A stretch of DNA of 12,611 nucleotides, from assembly GCA_964450845.1 (NCBI GenBank), contig CAYVGZ010000044.1, positions 1 through 12,611 of the forward strand, read 5' to 3'. Below, piece by piece: positions 7,717 to 12,611 of the stretch. How positions within the stretch are numbered: position 1 is the stretch's first letter; each line of letters begins with the position of its first letter. The notes under the pieces are model-generated. The model did not search any database. It was not told the DNA's origin and saw only the letters and a list, made by a program, of their open reading frames with translations. A program made the position numbers and the translations under genes. This stretch comes from an uncultured Candidatus Bathyarchaeia archaeon (GTDB taxonomy: Archaea; Thermoproteota; Bathyarchaeia; Bathyarchaeales; Bathycorpusculaceae).

Positions 7717-7767
7717 GTGTTTTGCTAAAATAAGATAAGAGCCAAGCGACAAGAAGGAGGTGAAAAG

Positions 7768-8019
7768 CTGGACATAGTGGATATTTACATACTTAACCTT
7801 GCAATTACGGTAGGGATGTTCATTGTTTTAATTTTCCGAGCTTGGATGGAAACGAAGAATTACCGCATGATGTGGAGAGAACTAGAATGGCGGCAGACGT
7901 ATCAAACTATGGGGCGACTCCTCAAAGCAGAGAAAGACTTATTCTCAAAAGTGGAGGGCGGCGATGAACTGTATCAAATGCTATGCCAAATCTTCAAAGT
8001 GAACGAACAAAAAACCTAG
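7768..8019 (+). CDS. Hypothetical single-pass membrane protein (80-83 aa)
   Basis: N-terminal hydrophobic helix YILNLAITVGMFIVLIF followed by a charged helical region. Perfect archaeal SD GGAGGTGA at 7756-7763. Start is either CTG 7768 or GTG 7777 (in frame). Confidence 0.8.
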   Translation: MDIVDIYILNLAITVGMFIVLIFRAWMETKNYRMMWRELEWRQTYQTMGRLLKAEKDLFSKVEGGDELYQMLCQIFKVNEQKT

Positions 8020-9356
8020 GGAAAATGCCAACCTTCAATCAATTTTCCAACCACTATATGACGTTTCTCCATTCCATAACGGCTAAATGGCTTAGTTAAA
8101 TGCCTCTGAGACCTTGCTGAAGTTATGTAAAGTCCCTTTCTTGTCTCACGTTTCAATTTAACTTCAATCTTTCCAATGTTCGGATACCGTGAACCGCATT
8201 TACCACATTTAAAACCCTTGTCCATTCCCATGGATTCTAACCGTTTGCCACATGTTGGACAAAACGGATTTTGAATGAAGATTTTTGGTGCAAGCCTTAA
8301 CAAGCGAATTTTTTCAAGATTTATCGTTAAAGGATTACTCTTCGAAGGCTTGCGGACACCTCCGTAAACTTCCAAATAATCATCAACAATCAGCTTCCTC
8401 GCAATTTTACGAAGAGTACCAGTTGGTTCATAAGCTGCACAGTCAACTTGTCCACTTTCATCCTTAATTGAGAAAACTATATGTCTCTTGGGAATGACCT
8501 TCGGGCTTGTCGACACTATTCCCCTTGCAATAATTGGATGATACGGTTCTATTTGACTTAATTTTTCAGCTCGTTTTAGGTGGGCATCTGTTCCTTGATT
8601 TGTGCGAAAAATGACCCATCTTTCCACAGGCTCAAGAGATTCAACAATTTCAAAAGCGGTTTTTACAATTTCGGGAGTTTCCCCTCTAATGCCGAAAAGA
8701 ATAGGGTCTGGCCCCCGCGGTGTAATGATAACTCTACGTTTTTCCAAGTCAACATTGTTAAAGGTGTACGGTGCCGTAGCTTTATCCATTTCAAAAATTG
8801 AAGCTTGGTCCACTTTCCGTTTTAAGCCATAATTTTCTGGAACGCGGTACACGAGGATTTCATATGTATGGTCTCCCTGAAGAGTTTCGCCAACTGCTGC
8901 CAAACTACCGATGATTCCTCTTCCCTTTTTGAAGCCTACAGCCTCAGCCTCAAACTTTTTAAGAAGTTTTAGTGCCTCTTTGAGGGTTACAATTTCAGTT
9001 ATTGCGTTTTTGGCGAAGATTTTGACTTCTTTTGGGATTTTCGCTTTTTTGAAGAAGACTATGCCAGGGTCTGTGCCTTTAGATTCTAAGTCTGCATGTT
9101 CTTCAACAGTGTTTATGGCGGTCTCTTTGATTCGGTTCTCAGCATTCTCATTGTACTGTATTCTTAGGCATAGTGCACCGTTTCCTCTTGTTTTCCATGG
9201 CACGTTAGGATTTAGCCTGATTAGATTTGGATAGTCAATGAATTCAGTGTCCAGTTTTTGCAGTTTTTCCACGAGGAGAGCGGCAACGTATGTTGTGCAT
9301 CCTTTTCTTGTTGAATCTGTGTCGTCCAGTCCTATGTGCATAGTTTTCATGGTCAT
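8016..9356 (-). CDS. tiaS: tRNA(Ile2) 2-agmatinylcytidine synthetase
   Basis: HIGLDDTDS...CTTY; RLNPNVPWKTRGNGA; GRGIIGSLAA; TPRGPDPILFGIRG; TNQGTDAHL; CAAYEPT; Zn ribbon CPTCG...CGKCG. Confidence 0.97.
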   Translation of the reverse strand: MTMKTMHIGLDDTDSTRKGCTTYVAALLVEKLQKLDTEFIDYPNLIRLNPNVPWKTRGNGALCLRIQYNENAENRIKETAINTVEEHADLESKGTDPGIVFFKKAKIPKEVKIFAKNAITEIVTLKEALKLLKKFEAEAVGFKKGRGIIGSLAAVGETLQGDHTYEILVYRVPENYGLKRKVDQASIFEMDKATAPYTFNNVDLEKRRVIITPRGPDPILFGIRGETPEIVKTAFEIVESLEPVERWVIFRTNQGTDAHLKRAEKLSQIEPYHPIIARGIVSTSPKVIPKRHIVFSIKDESGQVDCAAYEPTGTLRKIARKLIVDDYLEVYGGVRKPSKSNPLTINLEKIRLLRLAPKIFIQNPFCPTCGKRLESMGMDKGFKCGKCGSRYPNIGKIEVKLKRETRKGLYITSARSQRHLTKPFSRYGMEKRHIVVGKLIEGWHFP

Positions 9357-9427
9357 TTATGGCAGCCCGTTTTTCAACGAATTAGAGATTAAAATAGAAA
9401 TAATGAAAGGTGTTAATTAATGTGAAT

Positions 9428-9442
9428 AAAAAAGAGGAAGTT
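9428..9442 (-). terminator. Oligo-T terminator-like tract after the Lrp/AsnC-domain gene
   Basis: Minus strand AACTTCCTCTTTTTT starting 2 nt after the TAG. Confidence 0.5.
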
Positions 9443-9444
9443 TG

Positions 9445-9684
9445 CTATTTTTGTTCTTCGACGACTATCATTGTTAATGTTGACCGGACTTTGTCAAGTC
9501 TTCTGATGCGCCATGTTACAATTTCTTTGAGTTTGTCCATTGTGTCTGATTTTACTCTTGCGATTATGTCGTAGACTCCATAGACAGCGAAGGCTTCGTC
9601 CACTCCCTCAACTTTCTTTAGGTCCTTTAGCACGTCTGCTTCTGAACCTATTTCTGTGTTTACTAGCACAAATGCTGTAGGCAT
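9445..9684 (-). CDS. Stand-alone Lrp/AsnC ligand-binding (RAM) domain protein without HTH, 79 aa
   Basis: AFVLVNTEIG...L..VEGVDEAFAVYGVYDIIARV...L..IV...IRRLDKVRSTLTMIV; GGAG SD at 9693-9696. Confidence 0.93.
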   Translation of the reverse strand: MPTAFVLVNTEIGSEADVLKDLKKVEGVDEAFAVYGVYDIIARVKSDTMDKLKEIVTWRIRRLDKVRSTLTMIVVEEQK

Positions 9685-9896
9685 TTTTTAATCTCCTTGG
9701 TTATTGTTTGTTGTTGTGCATTAAAATATTTTGCTGTGGTATGCGGTTTGTGTGCGTGCAACTGTGTTAGGCCCCTCTATTTGGAGTCAAATAGGATGGT
9801 TTTGTATTCTGGGGAAGTGAAGGGTGACGGAATAGCGTTAACTTTTGAATGGATACTCTTATCTTTTATTTATGGTAATAACTATTAGGTTTAAAC

Positions 9897-11429
9897 ATGT
9901 TAGGACCTATTACAAGCCGTGAAATGCGCGCTTTAGAGCTGAACTCCGAATACTTTGGAGTTTCGCAACTTCAGCTCATGGAAAACGCTGGACACAACAT
10001 AGCATTAGAGATTGCTTCAAGATTCAAACCCGACAAATCCGTTACCATTTTCTGCGGTTTAGGCGGAAACGGAGGCGACGGCTTCGTTGCAGCTAGACAT
10101 CTGTCTTCATTAGGGTTCAAAGTCACAGTCATCCTTGCCGGAAAAGCTAAGGAAATCTCCCATAAAGCTGCTTTAGAAAATTGGAATACTATACAGTTTT
10201 TAAAAGAAAATGTTTCCATCCATGAAGTGGATGATAGCTCACTTATACCAGATATAACCGCTGAAATAGTTGTTGATGCACTTCTTGGGACAGGAGCAAA
10301 GGGAAAACTAAAACCGCCAATCTCACAGTTAGTTGAAAAAATCAACGCATTAAACGCTTTTCGAGTTGCCATTGATGTGCCAACTGGAATAGATTCTGAC
10401 ACTGGAGAGATATTGGGCACAGCTGTAAAAGCCAATCTAACAATAACCTTTCACAGAACAAAGAAGGGACTTGAAAGTGCAAGAGAATACGTAGGCGAAT
10501 TAATTGTAAAGGACATAGGCTTGCCGAAAGAGTTCGAAAACTATGCTGGTCCCGGAGATGTTCTGCTAGCTACAAAACCTCGTCCATCAGAATCCCATAA
10601 AGGAGACTTTGGACGTTTACTAGTCATTGGCGGAAGCGAAACCTTCTCAGGTGCCCCAGCCCTTGTGGCTTTGGCTGCCTTACGCACAGGCGTCGACTTG
10701 GCTTATGTTGCAGCTCCCGAAAAAACCGCTCATGCCATCTCTTCAATGTCGCCAGATTTAATCACTATAAAACTTGAGGGAACACACCTAAACGTAGGCA
10801 ATGCATCCGCCTTAAAAACGTACATAGAAGCAACTGACGCTGTTGTTTTAGGTCCTGGCATTGGTTTGCATTCGGAAACTAGAGAAGCTGTGAAGGCTGT
10901 AGTTGAAGCTGTCGAAAGTGCGGCAAAACCGTTGCTTCTGGATGCGGATGGCTTGAAGGCTTTTGCAGAGTTAAAAAGAAAACTAAATGTGCCCCTAGTG
11001 CTAACGCCTCACGCTGGAGAATATGCCATACTTACTGGTAAGAAACCACCACAAGACCTAAAGGAAAAAATTTCAGAAGTGCAGAAAACAGCAGCAGAGT
11101 TAGGCGCAATAATACTACTAAAAGGACACACCGACATAATTTCAGACGAAAAACGCTTAAAACTCAACTTTACAGGCAATCCCGGCATGACAGTCGGCGG
11201 AACTGGGGATGTGCTTTCCGGAATTGTTGGAGCCTTTTTAGCTCAGCAAATAGACCCTTTTGAAGCTGCTGTTGTTGGAGCCTTTGTCAATGGTGCTGCT
11301 GGAGATTATGTTTTCGAAGAAAAGGGTTACCACTTGGTTCCCACAGACATCATCCAGCGGATTCCACAAGTCCTAAACGATCCTATGAGCCACCTGAAGG
11401 TGCGAAAAACAGGTGCAAAGACAGGTTAA
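9897..11429 (+). CDS. nnr: Bifunctional NAD(P)H-hydrate epimerase / ADP-dependent dehydratase (YjeF_N + YjeF_C)
   Basis: LMENAG, GGNGGDGFVAARHL, DALLGTG, AIDVPTG; HKGDFGRLLVIGGS, GPGIG, DADGL, LTPHAGE, NPGMTVGGTGDVLSG. Confidence 0.97.
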   Translation: MLGPITSREMRALELNSEYFGVSQLQLMENAGHNIALEIASRFKPDKSVTIFCGLGGNGGDGFVAARHLSSLGFKVTVILAGKAKEISHKAALENWNTIQFLKENVSIHEVDDSSLIPDITAEIVVDALLGTGAKGKLKPPISQLVEKINALNAFRVAIDVPTGIDSDTGEILGTAVKANLTITFHRTKKGLESAREYVGELIVKDIGLPKEFENYAGPGDVLLATKPRPSESHKGDFGRLLVIGGSETFSGAPALVALAALRTGVDLAYVAAPEKTAHAISSMSPDLITIKLEGTHLNVGNASALKTYIEATDAVVLGPGIGLHSETREAVKAVVEAVESAAKPLLLDADGLKAFAELKRKLNVPLVLTPHAGEYAILTGKKPPQDLKEKISEVQKTAAELGAIILLKGHTDIISDEKRLKLNFTGNPGMTVGGTGDVLSGIVGAFLAQQIDPFEAAVVGAFVNGAAGDYVFEEKGYHLVPTDIIQRIPQVLNDPMSHLKVRKTGAKTG

Positions 11430-11940
11430 AATCGTTGTTTACCATGCTAGACAATGCGACCCCAAAAAATGCACAGCCTTAAAGCTTAAACGTCATGGAC
11501 TTGTTCGCCTAGTGCATCAAATGAAGTTTTTGCCGAAGAGGGCTGTTGTGCTTAACCCTTTCTCACAGCTTGCGTTTTCGCCAGCGGATAGACAACGTAT
11601 TGAAGGCTTCGGGTTAGCTGCTTTGGACTGCAGTTGGGAGCATGCTGAAGAAGTTATGATAAAACACACGAGAGGAACGTCTCGCTGTCTTCCTTTTTTA
11701 ATAGCGGGCAACCCAGTCAATTTTGGCAAACCGACCAAACTCACTACGGTGGAGGCTTTGGCTGCGGCACTTTATATTGCTGGGTTTAATGAAGAAGCTG
11801 GTAAGTTGCTCTCGATTTTCAAGTGGGGACACACGTTTCTAGAAATAAATAGTGAGAGACTGGAGAACTATGCAATGGCTAAAGACAGCACAGAGATAAT
11901 AAAGCTGCAAAAATGTTTCATGAGTGGAATAAACACATAA
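11413..11940 (+). CDS. tsr3: SSU rRNA aminocarboxypropyltransferase Tsr3 (DUF367)
   Basis: QCDPKKCTALKL, VLNPFS...SPAD, LDCSW, RCLPFLIAGNPVNFGKPTKLTTVEALAAAL, FKWGHTFLEIN. Overlaps the nnr stop by 17 nt. Confidence 0.96.
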   Translation: MQRQVKIVVYHARQCDPKKCTALKLKRHGLVRLVHQMKFLPKRAVVLNPFSQLAFSPADRQRIEGFGLAALDCSWEHAEEVMIKHTRGTSRCLPFLIAGNPVNFGKPTKLTTVEALAAALYIAGFNEEAGKLLSIFKWGHTFLEINSERLENYAMAKDSTEIIKLQKCFMSGINT

Positions 11941-12058
11941 CGAGATTAGAGAATAAGATAGGAAGTGAAAAGCCATGGAAGTTATCACGAATGGTTTATT
12001 ATGTCAGCATGGCTGCCTTAAGCACGCAAAAGAAACTCTCTAAACTAAGCTGTTTTTG

Positions 12059-12211
12059 CTAATATCTTACGAAGACTCTGCCGCCTAGTTCTTCCACTGC
12101 GACCTTAAGCTTTTCTAACGTATGCCTCATACTGTCATTTACTACCGTCTTCCAGCCTTCTGGACCATCGGGGACTTTTACTTCTATGACACAATAATAT
12201 TTTTTGCTCAT
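12059..12211 (-). CDS. Small hypothetical protein, 50 aa (below the ORF-track length cut-off)
   Basis: Hand translation MSKKYYCVIEVKVPDGPEGWKTVVNDSMRHTLEKLKVAVEELGGRVFVRY*. SD-like GAGGTG at 12223-12228; TATA-like tract at 12267-12279; clear beta-alpha-beta amphipathic periodicity. Confidence 0.7.
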   Translation of the reverse strand: MSKKYYCVIEVKVPDGPEGWKTVVNDSMRHTLEKLKVAVEELGGRVFVRY

Positions 12212-12611
12212 TTAGATGAGTACACCTCGATGACCTTGCCTCTGCAAAAAATGTTCTTAATGTGCATAAAATATAAAATGTATGAATTTGCAGTATGGAT
12301 TCTCTATATTTTAAAGTCAGATTCCGAATACACCTTTGATAACTGTAAAGTCCACGAAAACCTCTTGGGCATTCCGCAAACGAAACACTTATTGGGCTTA
12401 GCCAATGGAAATATGTCAACTACACCTCTTCAACGCTGAAGTTGGAAGCCAACCGGTACTACTTCATGGAAACTTTCAAAAGAAGAAATTGACTTCCGAT
12501 GCGATTGGAAAATGAGATGTTAGGCGGTAGACGCTATTGACGCAACCACGCTAGGAGAAGCCATCAATCGTTCAGGTAAAAACTATGCCTGAACCAAAAT
12601 AGAAACTAGGG

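Noticed and set aside
8285-9420. Plus-strand ORFs opposite tiaS
   Set aside because: Antisense shadows with no recognisable motifs.
9697-9888. 63-aa Cys-rich ORF
   Set aside because: Cysteines reflect TG-rich sequence; the TTG start overlaps the SD/promoter of the divergent gene and has no SD. Only the 3' 30 codons are kept as a candidate.
9971-11744. Minus-strand ORFs opposite nnr and tsr3
   Set aside because: Antisense shadows.
12122-12439. ORFs 12122..12439 (+) and 12135..12419 (-)
   Set aside because: Both overlap the better-supported 50-aa gene and its promoter, lack SDs and have low-information sequences.
1-12611. CRISPR array, tRNA/rRNA genes, IS transposase, integrase
   Set aside because: No spaced repeats, cloverleaf or rRNA-like GC-rich segments, or transposase/recombinase motifs were seen.

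Overview
Archaeal genomic window, most likely Bathyarchaeia. The archaeal call rests on an archaeal-type AlaRS, TiaS and Tsr3; the class call is inferred from the style of the dockerin-containing surface protein. Bases 1-3325 are accessory: a very large acidic, sequon-rich, Ig-like-repeat protein with an internal dockerin-like module. It enters from outside the window and is split near 191-268, where one extra T in a T7 tract (or a -1 frameshift) would fuse the two ORFs. Its last ~500 nt have a sharply different base composition and end soon after a Trp-rich motif. The rest is mostly housekeeping: small membrane protein, stand-alone wHTH, GIY-YIG nuclease, alaS, FUN14 protein, single-pass membrane protein, tiaS, stand-alone Lrp/AsnC ligand-binding domain, nnr and tsr3. 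A 50-aa minus-strand gene missed by the ORF track lies near the 3' end. No rRNA, tRNA, CRISPR array or transposase is visible. The best candidate for an undescribed system is the split, mosaic dockerin/Ig surface-protein locus; this remains a hypothesis.
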